From a candidate division FCPU426 bacterium (GTDB lineage: Bacteria > Oederibacteriota > Muellerivitia > Muellerivitales > Muellerivitaceae): DNA of 64,000 nt. Positions within the stretch are counted from its first letter, which is position 1; each line of letters begins with the position of its first letter. The stretch spans positions 64,001 through 128,000 of the forward strand of contig CAWCKJ010000006.1 of NCBI GenBank assembly GCA_963796105.1, read 5' to 3'. The position numbers were made by a program, and so were the translations under genes. Of the stretch, positions 1-11,853 are shown in pieces. The notes beneath the pieces are model-generated. The model was not told the DNA's origin and made no database searches. It saw only the letters and a list, made by a program, of their open reading frames with translations.

Positions 1-1
1 G

Positions 2-487
2 GCCCGCATGGTGGGACATATCACCTATATGAGCGATTCATCCATGGCGGAAAAATTCGGGCGGCAAAAAAAAGCCCGTTTGGGTGCGGAAAAATTCACC
101 GCGGATTTCGAGGTGGAAGGATATCTCCGCTACCGCGGGGATACTTTCGTCAAGAGGTTTGACGCCAATTCCTACCTTTATATCACCAAAGCCATGGACA
201 ATTTCGACGCTTCGGCGGAAAGGCCCTTACAGCAGGCTTTGCGGGGAAAGAACTTGAAGGTCCTGGTAATCGGGTTTAAATCCGACTGGCTTTATCCCCT
301 TTACCAGTCCCAGGAGATCGTCAAGGCTTGCAAACTTGCCGGGGTCCAGGCCAGCTATTGCGAAATCGATTCCAATTATGGACACGACGCTTTCCTCCTG
401 GAAGTGGCGGAGGAATCCCATTTGATCAAGCATTTTTTGAAAAAAGTCTTTCACGGATATCAGGTGACCGATGAACTCGAAAATTAA
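2..487 (+). CDS. metX: Homoserine O-acetyltransferase, C-terminal part (5'-truncated by window edge)
   Basis: Motifs RFDANSYLYIT and YGHDAFLLE (catalytic His); overlaps metW. Confidence 0.9.
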   Translation, partial: ARMVGHITYMSDSSMAEKFGRQKKARLGAEKFTADFEVEGYLRYRGDTFVKRFDANSYLYITKAMDNFDASAERPLQQALRGKNLKVLVIGFKSDWLYPLYQSQEIVKACKLAGVQASYCEIDSNYGHDAFLLEVAEESHLIKHFLKKVFHGYQVTDELEN

Positions 488-1085
488 CGGGATAAGGCAG
501 GATCACCAGGTGATCCTTGATTGGATCGAGCCTGGCTGCTCTGTCCTGGACCTTGGATGCGGAGATGGCGAGCTGCTTTACCACCTGGTAAAGGGAAAAA
601 ACGTGAAGGGCCAGGGGGTGGAGATCGACGAACAGGCCATCTACAAGTGCGTGGCTAAAGGTTTGAATGTTTTCCACGATGATATCGAGGGCGGACTGAC
701 CGACTACCAGACTGGCGCGTTTGATTACGCTATCCTGGATCAAACTTTCCAGCAAATCCTTCACGTGGATAGGGCTTTGGACAGCGCCCTTCGAGTGGGA
801 AAGAAAGTCATCGTCGGATTCCCCAATTTCTCGTATTATAAATCCCGGTTTCAAATTTTCTTCCTGGGCAGGACACCTATCACGAAAGCCCTTCCTTACA
901 TGTGGTATGAGACACCCAATCTTCATTCTGTTTCCATTAAGGATTTCTACGATTATTGCGAAAAAAAAGAAATTCGGATCGAGAAAAGGGCTTTTTTGAA
1001 CGGCTCCAAACGAATTCATCTTTTGCCGAATTTCTTCGCCCAACTTGGCCTGTTTCTCATTTCTAAGCAGTCAACTATTTCTTGA
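471..1085 (+). CDS. metW: Methionine biosynthesis protein MetW (SAM-binding fold)
   Basis: VLDLGCGDG SAM motif, WYETPNLH motif, directly after metX. Confidence 0.92.
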   Translation: MNSKINGIRQDHQVILDWIEPGCSVLDLGCGDGELLYHLVKGKNVKGQGVEIDEQAIYKCVAKGLNVFHDDIEGGLTDYQTGAFDYAILDQTFQQILHVDRALDSALRVGKKVIVGFPNFSYYKSRFQIFFLGRTPITKALPYMWYETPNLHSVSIKDFYDYCEKKEIRIEKRAFLNGSKRIHLLPNFFAQLGLFLISKQSTIS

Positions 1086-1269
1086 AAATCCGTTCATTTC
1101 CTTCGGTATCGCCTGTAGTTCCCGGCTTCATATAAAAGAATAGAGTTCAATTACAACTTCATGGAAATGGGTTTAAAGCGAGTTTTGAAAAAGTTATGAC
1201 CTGCTTGATTGCCAGGTCTTTATTCATCCGTTAAACTATGCGGAAAGTTATTGAAAAAAAGGAAATTCC

Positions 1270-2034
1270 TTGCCGGATAACCGAACCCATCTTGTCATCG
1301 GTACTCCTTGTTTCGGAGGCCTGGTTAGCAGCCTCTATACAACATCCCTCATGCGCCTTCAATTGGCTTGCGCCCAACGGGGAAATATCGATTTAAGCGT
1401 TAATCTCCTTTCGGGCGACGCCCTGATCCCCCGGGCTCGGCAAAATATCGTGGCGCATTTCCTCGAAAATAAGATAACCACCCATCTTTTGTTCGTGGAT
1501 TCGGACCTCTCCTTCGATCCGGACCAGGTTTTCCGATTGCTGGATTTCGGGACGGATGTGGCCGCGGGAGTTTATCCCACCAAGCGCATTGATTGGACAA
1601 AAGTCAGCGCCTTCGCCAAGGAAGGGAAAGTTCCCCTGGAATCCGCGTCCCTTTCTTACGTGCTGAATTTCGAGGACCCCCAGCGCGTGGAAACCAGGGG
1701 CGGGTTCGCCAAAGCCCGCTATTGCGGGTCCGGATTTCTGATGATTCGGAGGGGGGTACTTTTACGGATGGTTGAGCACTACAAGGAATTAGCCTATAGC
1801 AGGGAACACCAAGCGGATGATCCCCTGCGGGACAGCAAATACAGATGCGCTCTTTTTAATTGCATCATAGACAAAAATACCGGGACTTATTTAAGCGAGG
1901 ATTATAGTTTCTGCCGCCGGTGGACGGACATGGGAGGGCAAATATGGATCGATCTTGAAAGCCGTTTAACCCACATCGGATCCATCGCATTCCATGGGAT
2001 GGTGAGCACACAATTCAATATGCCGGAATCCTGA
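1270..2034 (+). CDS. GT-A fold glycosyltransferase-like protein
   Basis: THLLFVDSD (DxD), GSGFLMIRR and YLSEDYSFC motifs; TTG start. Confidence 0.65.
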   Translation: MPDNRTHLVIGTPCFGGLVSSLYTTSLMRLQLACAQRGNIDLSVNLLSGDALIPRARQNIVAHFLENKITTHLLFVDSDLSFDPDQVFRLLDFGTDVAAGVYPTKRIDWTKVSAFAKEGKVPLESASLSYVLNFEDPQRVETRGGFAKARYCGSGFLMIRRGVLLRMVEHYKELAYSREHQADDPLRDSKYRCALFNCIIDKNTGTYLSEDYSFCRRWTDMGGQIWIDLESRLTHIGSIAFHGMVSTQFNMPES

Positions 2035-2359
2035 ATAGAAATGGCCAACGCATTTTAGGTTTATTAATATTCGATCCTGCTCAAATTGTATAGTTTGACA
2101 ATAAAGTTTTTACCAAATCTTCGCGGCAAATTTCTTAATTTTAAAATCTTTAGCTTTAAATTGAATTTTGTATTAGAAGAGGATTGGCTGAATTAGGAAT
2201 TTATGCTTTTTATAAAGCATTCTTGGTTATTTTCTTTATATGGGAGGTAAAAACGAAGAATAATTGAGCCTCCGATATGATGGCCGTCATCCCAATCGTT
2301 GAATCTTTTATCAATAATGCGCCGTTGCCGTAAAACCTTTAGCAGGGAAAGGAATAGCT

Positions 2360-4801
2360 ATGATGAGCAATTTCGGACGTACCGCCCGGCGTCTTTTGGG
2401 ATGCCTTGGAGCGGCATTTGCGGCCATGATTCTTTCTACCCCGGCTTTTGCCAGCGAGGCAGACTTGAAAATTCCGGATTTGGGCCAGATCTCCTTTCAT
2501 GGAATCCCAGGACGAACCCTTCTCTGGATTGGAATGCTCGTATGCGGAATGGGGGTTTTATTCGGGGTCTATATTTTCCGGTCCCTCCGCGACCTGCCAG
2601 TGCACAAGTCCATGCTGGAAATCTCGGAACTTATATATGAGACCTGCAAGACTTATCTGATTACCCAGATGAAATTCATCGGGATTTTATGGGCCTTTAT
2701 CGGCACAATTATCGCGGTTTATTTCGGCTGGCTGAAACCCGTGGGAGCCAGCAACGTGGTCATCATCCTGATTTGCAGCCTGGTGGGAATCGCCGGCTCG
2801 ATCACGGTGGCCTGGTTCGGCATCCGGATCAACACCTTCGCTAATTCTCGCACCGCTTTCGCGGCCTTGAAGGGAAAGCCCTTCCCGGCGCACGATATAC
2901 CCCTCAAGGCGGGTATTTCCATCGGCATGCTTTTGATCGCCATCGAGCTCATTATCCTGCTCTTTATTCTCCTGGAAGTCCCGGGAGACCTGGCGGGTTA
3001 TTGTTTCATCGGCTTCGCGATTGGCGAGTCCCTGGGCGCTGCGGCCTTGAGGATCGCGGGCGGTATCTTCACCAAGATCGCTGATATTGGTTCCGACCTC
3101 ATGAAGATCGTCTTTAAAATCAAGGAAGACGACGCGCGCAACCCCGGTGTCATCGCGGATTGCACGGGCGACAATGCGGGCGATTCCGTGGGCCCCACAG
3201 CCGATGGATTCGAGACTTACGGCGTGACGGGCGTGGCCCTCATCACCTTTATTCTTCTTGCCGTAGGGGACCCGAACAACCAGATCAAGCTCTTGGTCTG
3301 GATCTTCGTCATGCGCGTCATGATGATTGTCACTTCCTGGGTATCCTACGCGCTTAACAACTTCTGGGCCAAGGGACAGTATGGAGAGTCCGACAAGTTC
3401 AATTTTGAGACACCCTTGACCACGCTGGTGTGGCTTACTTCTATTATTTCCATCGTTCTCACCTACATCGTCTCGAATTTCCTCATCGGAGATATGGGAG
3501 ACGGGTCGCTTTGGTGGAAACTGGCGACCATCATCACTTGCGGGACCTTGGCGGGGGCCATCATCCCCGAACTGGTCAAGGTTTTCACTTCCATGAACTC
3601 CAAACATGTGAATGAAGTGGTGGAATCGGCTAAGGAGGGCGGCCCCTCCCTGACGATCCTATCAGGCTTCGTGGCGGGCAACTTCTCGGCTTATTGGATC
3701 GGCCTTTCCATCATGACTCTTATGGCCATCGCCTCATTTGTTGCGGGCTATGGATTAGACGCATTCATGGTGGCCCCATCAGTTTTCGCCTTCGGTTTGG
3801 TGGCTTTCGGCTTCCTGGGAATGGGGCCCGTCACCATCGCGGTGGATTCCTATGGGCCTGTTACCGACAACGCCCAGTCGGTTTTTGAACTTTCAACGAT
3901 CGAGTCCATCAAGGGCATCAACAAGGAAATCGAGCGTGATTTCGGTTTCAAGCCTAATTTCGAGAAAGCCAAGGCTTTCCTGGAGGAGAACGACGGGTGC
4001 GGAAACACTTTCAAGGCCACAGCGAAGCCGGTTTTGATTGGAACCGCGGTGGTAGGGGCTACGACGCTGGTTTTTTCCATCATCGTCCTATTGGCCAAAT
4101 CGGTTACTAACTCCGCTGGCATGATTAACAAGGACCAATTGGCGGCGGTGGCTGGTAACTTTTCGCTCTTGAACCCAGTATTCTTCCTGGGACTTATCGC
4201 GGGAGGGGCCATGATCTATTGGTTCACCGGCGCCTCAACCCAGGCGGTTTCCACCGGCGCTTTCCGGGCCGTGGAATTCATCAAGAAGAACATCAAGCTG
4301 GGAGCCGGGGCCAAGAAGGCCTCCATCGAGGACTCAAAGAAGGTGGTGGAAATTTGCACCCAGTACGCCCAAAAGGGGATGTTTAACATCTTCCTGGCGA
4401 TCTTTACCGCTACCCTGGCCTTCGCCTTCCTGGATTCCTATTTCTTCATTGGATACCTCATCTCCATCGCGATTTTCGGTCTTTACCAGGCCATCTTCAT
4501 GGCTAACGCCGGCGGGGCCTGGGACAACGCGAAAAAGATCGTGGAAACCGTGTTGAAACAGAAGGGAACACCCCTTCACGACGCCTCGGTCGTGGGTGAT
4601 ACGGTTGGGGACCCATTCAAGGACACTTCATCGGTTGCCATGAACCCGGTCATCAAGTTCACCACCTTGTTCGGGCTTTTAGCGGTTGAATTGGCCCTGA
4701 AAGTCGATCCTGGAACGAGCCATATTTTATTTGTGGTGTTCATGATCATCTCCATGTTTTATGTCTGGCGTTCCTTCTACAGGATGCGTATCAAGTCATA
4801 G
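2360..4801 (+). CDS. hppA: Membrane-integral ion-translocating pyrophosphatase (probably K+-independent)
   Basis: GGIFTKIADIGSDL, DDARNPGVIADCTGDNAGD, GGAWDNAKK and GDTVGDPFKDTS motifs; many TM helices. Confidence 0.95.
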   Translation: MMSNFGRTARRLLGCLGAAFAAMILSTPAFASEADLKIPDLGQISFHGIPGRTLLWIGMLVCGMGVLFGVYIFRSLRDLPVHKSMLEISELIYETCKTYLITQMKFIGILWAFIGTIIAVYFGWLKPVGASNVVIILICSLVGIAGSITVAWFGIRINTFANSRTAFAALKGKPFPAHDIPLKAGISIGMLLIAIELIILLFILLEVPGDLAGYCFIGFAIGESLGAAALRIAGGIFTKIADIGSDLMKIVFKIKEDDARNPGVIADCTGDNAGDSVGPTADGFETYGVTGVALITFILLAVGDPNNQIKLLVWIFVMRVMMIVTSWVSYALNNFWAKGQYGESDKFNFETPLTTLVWLTSIISIVLTYIVSNFLIGDMGDGSLWWKLATIITCGTLAGAIIPELVKVFTSMNSKHVNEVVESAKEGGPSLTILSGFVAGNFSAYWIGLSIMTLMAIASFVAGYGLDAFMVAPSVFAFGLVAFGFLGMGPVTIAVDSYGPVTDNAQSVFELSTIESIKGINKEIERDFGFKPNFEKAKAFLEENDGCGNTFKATAKPVLIGTAVVGATTLVFSIIVLLAKSVTNSAGMINKDQLAAVAGNFSLLNPVFFLGLIAGGAMIYWFTGASTQAVSTGAFRAVEFIKKNIKLGAGAKKASIEDSKKVVEICTQYAQKGMFNIFLAIFTATLAFAFLDSYFFIGYLISIAIFGLYQAIFMANAGGAWDNAKKIVETVLKQKGTPLHDASVVGDTVGDPFKDTSSVAMNPVIKFTTLFGLLAVELALKVDPGTSHILFVVFMIISMFYVWRSFYRMRIKS

Positions 4802-4817
4802 CCGAGTCTGCTGAGGT

Positions 4818-4855
4818 AAAAAGCCCGACCCTCATTTAGAGGGCCGGGTTTTTTT
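4818..4855 (+). terminator. Rho-independent terminator after hppA
   Basis: gcccgaccctc-attta-gagggccgggt stem-loop followed by a T run and preceded by an A run. Confidence 0.8.
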
Positions 4856-4968
4856 ATTTTAAAATCTTTTTAAGGGAGGATTGAGCTTAGGGGAAAATCC
4901 AACCGCGAAGATGGGGATAAAGTAATTATTAATTCGATTTTGACAAATTTACGGGTTGCCCGCGTTTC

Positions 4969-5182
4969 CTCCCCTGAAAGAGAGGGAACAAGGGGGAGTT
5001 AGCCTATCCGTACCGTTCTGTCAACGCCGAATACCCCCCTCTCCCCCCTTTTTCAAAGGGACGTATTTACTTCACTCCCGAAAGGACGATATGCCCGCAA
5101 ATAAACAAAAAACGCCTGAAAAAAAGAAGGCAAAAGAAGGAAAAGGGAGTTAACTATATAAGCCCCTTTTCAAAGGGGGGAA
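4969..5182. repeat. REP-like palindromic intergenic repeat cluster
   Basis: ctcccctgaaagagagggaacaagggggagttag plus cccctttttcaaaggg units; near-copy at 31908-32052. Confidence 0.6.
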
Positions 5183-5233
5183 TCATCACTAGGGACATTC
5201 TTTTCGAAATTTGCAAAAAAGTTAGATAATTAT

Positions 5234-5770
5234 TTATTTTCTTAAACGCCGCCAGTTTTCCGAGCGAATCTCTGGTATTTTTTTATAGATATTGTTCAGG
5301 TGGGTCTTCAAGGTGGCTTTGGAAATGAAAAGTTTCTGGGTGATTTTGGCGTTGGTGAAACCCTGGAGGCAGAGGCGCACGATTTCCATTTCGCGGCCGC
5401 TTAATCCGCGTCCCTTGAAACGCTTGAGCCAGTTATCATACGTCTTCCTCAGAGGATGAAGAAGGTTGACGCGGTATTGGTTTTCGCCCATAAAAACAAC
5501 GTCAAATAACTGGTTTCCCATCTTGATATTCGGGAAAAAATGGACCCCTTCCCGGTGGATTTTCAATCCGAGAGTTTTTTCACAAGCCGTCAAACAACCC
5601 TGCGGGCACTTTTTTTTAACGATTTTTCCGCATAGATTCCGGCAGGCCTCGTTTTGGTAAAGAACATTTTTCTTAGAATTTACAAAGCAAACGGGAATTC
5701 CGCTTTGGTTTAGAATTTGTTCCAATTTTGTAGGCAATTTTCCACCCGGGGGGTTGATTGCGATTTTCAC
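5234..5770 (-). CDS. LuxR-family HTH transcriptional regulator
   Basis: C-terminal LSGREMEIVRLCLQGFTNAKITQKLFISKATLKTHLNNIYKK; start codon uncertain. Confidence 0.85.
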   Translation of the reverse strand: MKIAINPPGGKLPTKLEQILNQSGIPVCFVNSKKNVLYQNEACRNLCGKIVKKKCPQGCLTACEKTLGLKIHREGVHFFPNIKMGNQLFDVVFMGENQYRVNLLHPLRKTYDNWLKRFKGRGLSGREMEIVRLCLQGFTNAKITQKLFISKATLKTHLNNIYKKIPEIRSENWRRLRK

Positions 5771-5831
5771 GTCTTTGACGGCACAATGTTGAGCGGCCGA
5801 TCAAGGCCATTTTTACCTTTGGAGGATTATA

Positions 5832-7097
5832 ATGCAAACCAGCGAACTGAAACCCCTCGATCCGCAAAAATATTACCGCATGCCATGGTCCCTCAGCGAC
5901 AACGGGATCTTCTGGCTGGAAGTCACCTCCCAATGTAATTTGACATGCGAGGGATGTTACCACGAGAACATCAAGGGGGCCCACAAGACCCTCGCGGAGA
6001 TTGAGGAGGAATTCAAGGTCATCAAGCAACTCCGCAAGGTGGATAGCGTTTCCATCGCGGGGGGAGACCCTCTCCTCCATCCCCAGATCCTGGACATTGT
6101 GAGATTGGTCCGCAAGTATGGCTGGAAGCCTATCATGAACACCAATGGATTGGCCCTCACCCCCGAATTGCTGAAGGACCTCAAGAAAGCCGGGGTTTTC
6201 GGGTTCACTTTCCATATCGACACCACCCAGAAGCGCCGCGATTCCCAGGCCAATACCGAGCAGGAGCATATCGCCCTGCGCCAGAAACTTGCCGAGTTGG
6301 TTTATAAAGAGGGGGGGATCGCCTGCGGCTTCAACCAGACGGTCTCCGAGCAGACCCTGGGCCAGATCCCGGACATCGTGCGTTGGGCTGAGAAATACCC
6401 GGACATGATCAATACGATGGTGTTCATCCTGTTCCGCACCCCAGGCATGTCCGCGAACTTCGATTTTTACGCTTTCGGCAAGAAAGTGGATCTGTATGAA
6501 ACCTACATCAAGACGTCATGGGGCGGGGAGAAAAACCTCAAAGCGCACGAGATCGTGGCGAAGATCAGGGAAGCCGATCCCGAGTACGAGCCGGCGGGCT
6601 ACTTGAACGGCACCATCGAGGCCAACGACATGAAGTGGACCCTGGCGACAAGAATCGCCAACAAAAAGAAGACTTTCGGTTACACCAGTCCCAAATTCAT
6701 GGAATTCGTCCAAACCTTCCACCACCGGTTTTTCGGGACCTGGTTGAGCTACGCCTCTCCCGCTCTCCTGCACGCGGGAAGATCCACTCTTTTATTCCTG
6801 GGATGGGGCGACAAGGCCATGAGGAAGGCGTTGTTCCGTTTCCTCCTGGATCCTACCGCCTGGTTCAGGCGAGTTCACTTGCAGAATTTCGCCATCATCC
6901 AGCCCGTGGACTTGCTCGCGGATGGCCGCATGAGCATGTGCGACAGCTGCCCCGACATCACGGTTCACGAGGGGAAGCTTTACTGGAGCTGCCGCCTGGA
7001 GGAAATAAAAAAATACGGCACTTTTGTGACAGCCGTGCCCAAGCCGGGTGTCAAAATGGGGCGGGAAAAGGAAAAAAAACAGGCTGCTGTCAACTAA
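5832..7097 (+). CDS. Radical SAM protein
   Basis: CNLTCEGC (CxxxCxxC), GGDPLLHP, extra C-terminal cysteines (CDSCPD, WSC); ggagg RBS. Confidence 0.9.
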   Translation: MQTSELKPLDPQKYYRMPWSLSDNGIFWLEVTSQCNLTCEGCYHENIKGAHKTLAEIEEEFKVIKQLRKVDSVSIAGGDPLLHPQILDIVRLVRKYGWKPIMNTNGLALTPELLKDLKKAGVFGFTFHIDTTQKRRDSQANTEQEHIALRQKLAELVYKEGGIACGFNQTVSEQTLGQIPDIVRWAEKYPDMINTMVFILFRTPGMSANFDFYAFGKKVDLYETYIKTSWGGEKNLKAHEIVAKIREADPEYEPAGYLNGTIEANDMKWTLATRIANKKKTFGYTSPKFMEFVQTFHHRFFGTWLSYASPALLHAGRSTLLFLGWGDKAMRKALFRFLLDPTAWFRRVHLQNFAIIQPVDLLADGRMSMCDSCPDITVHEGKLYWSCRLEEIKKYGTFVTAVPKPGVKMGREKEKKQAAVN

Positions 7098-7211
7098 AAC
7101 AAGGATTCATTCCGTCTTTGAGTGTGATAAACAGAAAAAAGCGATAAAATAAACAGGTGGTTTCGCGGATGGGCGCGGAGCCGCCTGTTTTTTTTCCCAA
7201 CGGGAGGAATT

Positions 7212-7922
7212 ATGGGGCTCATGGACATCTTCAACAAGAAAAGTCCTTTGTTTGACTGCAACAGGCATCTCGCCAATATCCCCGGCAAATTGTCGGGCGC
7301 GCCCATGATGACGGCGGATGGGGATTTCAGCGTTAACTTCGTACCCGACGATCCCCAATATCTTAACAACCGGAATAACGTCAAGAATTCCAACGGCCAA
7401 ATGGTACTCAAGGTGAAGGTCCTTCCCCAATACCGCCAATCCTTCCAGGACTCGGTCATCTCCATGGCGGGACAACCCGTTTTCGCGAGCGGGGTTTTGG
7501 TGAATGACGATTCACAGGGAGGAAGGGTTGAAATCCATCCCTTGGACCTTCTTTTCGCCCCCATAAACCCCGGGCATTTTCCGGGGTGGTTCAAAGATAT
7601 TCAAAATAACCTGAAGGATCCCAACGCGGCGTCCGCCTATCGGATTGTCGCGGCGAGCGACGCTTCGAAAAGCATGAAACCCCCTAAAGCTGAGGAAACC
7701 AGGCCCCTGAAAGTCAATTTTCCCTATCCGAACAAACCGAATATCCCGAAGATCAAGATCGATTTTGAGGTTCGAAAGAGCGCGAATGAGAAAGCGGACC
7801 TATTTCTCAGCAATGACCTCGTCCGGCAAAAGATCCAGATGGACATTACCGTTTCCAGCGTTAAGGACGATGGGCCTGGCATTTACGCGGGTGTTTTAGT
7901 TATATATTGGGGCAACGAGTAA
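7212..7922 (+). CDS. Hypothetical protein
   Basis: 236-aa ORF with strong ggagga RBS; no family recognised. Confidence 0.65.
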   Translation: MGLMDIFNKKSPLFDCNRHLANIPGKLSGAPMMTADGDFSVNFVPDDPQYLNNRNNVKNSNGQMVLKVKVLPQYRQSFQDSVISMAGQPVFASGVLVNDDSQGGRVEIHPLDLLFAPINPGHFPGWFKDIQNNLKDPNAASAYRIVAASDASKSMKPPKAEETRPLKVNFPYPNKPNIPKIKIDFEVRKSANEKADLFLSNDLVRQKIQMDITVSSVKDDGPGIYAGVLVIYWGNE

Positions 7923-8124
7923 AGACAGCGTCTGCTTCATTAAGCCATTCCCTGAATACCGTGGTTTTGGGCATATCATGATTGAAAAACCCTGGAATTC
8001 TTTAAGTTTTTCCATCCAAAGCCGTTAGAGAATAAGAATAAAAGAATACAATCAATAGTATCCGGGTATTCAGCCCGCTTAGAATGCGCGTTTCGGAATT
8101 TTTGCTGATTAAGGGATTAATTGA

Positions 8125-11100
8125 ATGGGGATGTACAGGTGTTTTTTTATTTTTTCGGGAATGGTCCTATTAAGTCTCGGCACACCAACCCTTGTCCTAG
8201 CCCAAGCCACGAATACGCCCTCGAATACCCCCACGGCGACTCTGACCCGGACATTTACCAACACCCCCACGAGCACCCGCACCCCCACATCGACACGTAC
8301 CCAAACCAACACCCCGACGATTACCTCCACCCCGACATCCAGTTTCACGCCGCTTCCCACCAACACGCCCACCAATTCCTTTACGCCCAATCCCTCTATG
8401 ACTCCTCCTTGCGGAGCCGCCGCGACTTTTTTTGGGAATAGCGGATACCTTCCTGGAAACGGGACGACCGGGCCCTTGAACTCTTATCCGGGAGTCAGGT
8501 TCAGCTACTATCCATTGAGTTATCCAGCGTCCGTGTACGCCATGATGGTTTACTCCGCGAATCCTTCCGCGGGTACATCCTTGATCGTGGGTATTTATAA
8601 TGGTTCCGCGGGCAATGTCGGCGGTGTGGTAGTTTCGTCCACTCCCCAGTTGGTTACCCAGAATTGGAATGGTTTTGTCCTTCCCCCCACTTATTTAGCT
8701 CCGGGGAATTACTGGCTGGCTTATATGTATAACGCCCAGGGTTATGACTCGACTTACACTGCCAACGCAGGGGCAAGCATTCTTGCTTGGACAAATACAT
8801 CGATGACTTTCGGTACAACCTTGCCCTCGGATGTTTCCTCCGATTCAGTCAGCTATGGAAGCGGCAACGAGGCCCTTTATGTTGTTTATTGCAAGGTCCC
8901 CACCAACACCCCCACCCCGACCGGTACCTTTACGAACACCCCTACTCTAACCGTAAGTCCCACTCCTACGATCACCTTCACCCCCACCAATACTGGAACC
9001 ATCTTGACCAATACACCCACCAGCACGAATACCTATACGCCCAGCTGGACCCCGACTTCCACTAATACCCTCACCTACACCCTCACCCCTAACTTAGCCC
9101 TCACCCCTCCCTGCGGTTCCTCCGCTACTTTTTTTGGAAACAACAATACCAGCGGACAGCCGGTTTCGATTCTTTCGCCACAAATGCGATCGACACGCTA
9201 TACCTTGACCCAAAACGGAACAGTTGTAACTATGTCGTTTTACGCATCCAGCGGGGATATAGGCTCTATCATCTTAGGGGGTATCTACACCAACGACCAA
9301 TCCACCACCACGATGGGTAATTTAGTGACTAGTTCCAGTAACGTGACCTTAACGGCCGGTTGGAACGCCTTCCAAGTTCCTCAAACTTATTTGACCGCGG
9401 GGGACTATTGGCTGGCTTATATGGTAAGCGCGCCGGTCAGTCTTATTCCCGTCTATAACCAAAGTTCCCCGGCTGAAAATAATTCATTGGCTTATTCAAC
9501 AGGAATAACTGTTTGGGGATTCCCGGCGAGCGGGTCCAATTTCGGCTATCCGGTTTCTTATCTTAATAACGATTACGATACTATCTTAACCGCCAACTAC
9601 TGCCCGGGAATAATCCTGACCAGCACCCCCTCCAACACGCCCACGAACACCCCCACGCCGATCCCGACGCTCGTGTCCGGGATCACGGATATCACTTCCA
9701 GCATCGGGGTGTCCTGTTTGACCGGCGATACAACCGGGACCGGGGACAAATATAACCAGCCCGTCACCCAGCCGGGTAACACCCTATTTACTTACGGGGT
9801 GGGGGCCCCTGACACCATCTATGGATTTACCCTGACCCAACCTACCGATCTCTTCATCAATCTTTGCGGGGCATCCTTCGATTCGGTGCTTTATTTGAGG
9901 ACCAATCCAACAGATCCCAGCACTACTATTGCACTGGACGACGACTCAGCGTTTTGCAGCAATGTTAACTCCTCGTCACTGGTGACGGGGGTCCTCCAGC
10001 CTGGAGCCTATTATGTGGTCGTGGATGGCTACAGCACGGGGGACTACGGGACCTTCTCGCTTTGCCTCACTCCCTTCAATCCGACCTGTTCGCTAACCCC
10101 CGTGGCAACGCCGGTAACGCTGGCAACCCCGGCCACCACCCCCACTAATTTGGGGACTGTGATGGTGGACGCGGTGGGGATCGGCCACGTTGATTATGAT
10201 TTCGAGTACACCAACGAATGGACCTTCACGCCGGGAACGGCGGGTAATTACGTGATCTCGCTGGATTGTTTCGACGATGGGACGGGGAAGGCCAGGGTGG
10301 CTTACGAACTTTTCGATTCGATCGATGCCTCGGTGGCCAGTTCGGCGGGAAATACGCCCTTGGATCAACTGACGGTGGCCTTGACCCAACAGCAGTACAC
10401 TGCCGTGGTTTACGCCTCCTCAGAGTATGCGCCGAGCGGGGATTACCGCCTGGTCATCCAAGCTCCCGCGATCCCACCGGCCCCGACTAAAACCCCGATC
10501 GCGACCTGGACCGGGACCCTGCCGACCACGACTTTCACCCTCACCCCGACTCCAACGGCCACTGCCACCGGAACGTTTACGTCAACTAATACCCCTTCCA
10601 ATACTCTTTCCCCTACTTTGACATCCAGCCCAACAAGTACCCCAACGATCACTTTCACGGGAACACCCACTAGAACGTTGACCATTACCCAAACACCTAC
10701 TTTTACCCCGACTTTCTCCCCGACCCTTTCGCCCACTATTACATCGACTCCCAGCTTAACAAACACACCTACCCTAACAACCACCGGAACCCCAACACGA
10801 ACCCAAACAAGTACCTTTTCCCCGACACCAACCTTGACTCCAACATCCACACTCACTTCGACCTATACCAGTGGAATATTCACATTTACTCCCACCTCCA
10901 CACCCACGGTTACATTGACACGCACAATAACCTCGACTCCAACAAGTATCCCCACAAACACCAAAACTTCAACCGTAACACCTACCTTGACTTTGACTAA
11001 TACCCCGACAGTGACGAATTCATTTACTGCGACCAAAACATCCACCTCAACCAGCACTCCTACAACCTCATTCACTCCTACCCCGACAGCCACACCCACT

Positions 11101-11853
11101 ATTACCTTGACTCCAACCAATACTCCAACAGGAACTTTGTCGCCTTCCAAAACTCCCACGATGACACCGTCTCCCACATTGTCATTTACCCCGACGATTA
11201 CTAGCACCTATTCATCAACGCCTACAAATACATTTACCCCCACTTTAACGAGTACCGCCACCAAGACTCCTACTACGACGTTCACGGTCACGCTAACTTC
11301 GACGCCGACATTTACGGCCACTTCAACATTTACCCCAACCCAAACGAATTCTCTGACCTTTACACCATCGCCAATAAATACATCAACAGGGACATCATCG
11401 CCCACGAATTCACCAACGGATTCGATGACGCCTACGGTCACGATGACCGATACAGCCAACCTAACGGCTACACCTACGTCTTCCTCAACGCCGACAAACA
11501 CCCCGACTGGTACCCTTACACCCTTGCCAAATACCTTGACCCCAACCTTGAGTCCAGTACCCATCGGGACGCCTGGTTCGAAACCGATTCTATATCCCAA
11601 TCCTTTGAAAGGGTCTGGGCCTATCACCCTTATGGTCACCTTTGACAAACCGCATGATTACGTGACCGTTAAGGTTTTCACCACCGCCTTCCGGAAAGTT
11701 TATGAGCATACCGATAATTATGTATCCGCCGGATCTTATCAATTGACCCTGGACACGGATCAATTCACGGGCCGCGCCGCAAATGGGCTTTATTACGCGG
11801 TTGTCACCATTCCTTCCCAGCGCTGGATCTCCAAAATCCTCATTCTTCGTTAA
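8125..11853 (+). CDS. Secreted Thr/Pro-rich multidomain surface protein with C-terminal sorting-like domain
   Basis: Signal peptide (VLA-Q), TPT linkers, two PPCG..ATFFGN domains, C-terminal LYPNP...NGLYY...KILILR. Confidence 0.85.
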   Translation: MGMYRCFFIFSGMVLLSLGTPTLVLAQATNTPSNTPTATLTRTFTNTPTSTRTPTSTRTQTNTPTITSTPTSSFTPLPTNTPTNSFTPNPSMTPPCGAAATFFGNSGYLPGNGTTGPLNSYPGVRFSYYPLSYPASVYAMMVYSANPSAGTSLIVGIYNGSAGNVGGVVVSSTPQLVTQNWNGFVLPPTYLAPGNYWLAYMYNAQGYDSTYTANAGASILAWTNTSMTFGTTLPSDVSSDSVSYGSGNEALYVVYCKVPTNTPTPTGTFTNTPTLTVSPTPTITFTPTNTGTILTNTPTSTNTYTPSWTPTSTNTLTYTLTPNLALTPPCGSSATFFGNNNTSGQPVSILSPQMRSTRYTLTQNGTVVTMSFYASSGDIGSIILGGIYTNDQSTTTMGNLVTSSSNVTLTAGWNAFQVPQTYLTAGDYWLAYMVSAPVSLIPVYNQSSPAENNSLAYSTGITVWGFPASGSNFGYPVSYLNNDYDTILTANYCPGIILTSTPSNTPTNTPTPIPTLVSGITDITSSIGVSCLTGDTTGTGDKYNQPVTQPGNTLFTYGVGAPDTIYGFTLTQPTDLFINLCGASFDSVLYLRTNPTDPSTTIALDDDSAFCSNVNSSSLVTGVLQPGAYYVVVDGYSTGDYGTFSLCLTPFNPTCSLTPVATPVTLATPATTPTNLGTVMVDAVGIGHVDYDFEYTNEWTFTPGTAGNYVISLDCFDDGTGKARVAYELFDSIDASVASSAGNTPLDQLTVALTQQQYTAVVYASSEYAPSGDYRLVIQAPAIPPAPTKTPIATWTGTLPTTTFTLTPTPTATATGTFTSTNTPSNTLSPTLTSSPTSTPTITFTGTPTRTLTITQTPTFTPTFSPTLSPTITSTPSLTNTPTLTTTGTPTRTQTSTFSPTPTLTPTSTLTSTYTSGIFTFTPTSTPTVTLTRTITSTPTSIPTNTKTSTVTPTLTLTNTPTVTNSFTATKTSTSTSTPTTSFTPTPTATPTITLTPTNTPTGTLSPSKTPTMTPSPTLSFTPTITSTYSSTPTNTFTPTLTSTATKTPTTTFTVTLTSTPTFTATSTFTPTQTNSLTFTPSPINTSTGTSSPTNSPTDSMTPTVTMTDTANLTATPTSSSTPTNTPTGTLTPLPNTLTPTLSPVPIGTPGSKPILYPNPLKGSGPITLMVTFDKPHDYVTVKVFTTAFRKVYEHTDNYVSAGSYQLTLDTDQFTGRAANGLYYAVVTIPSQRWISKILILR

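Noticed and set aside
2035..2359. Riboswitch upstream of hppA
   Set aside because: AT-rich with only weak hairpins and no recognisable consensus; an Rfam/Infernal scan is needed.
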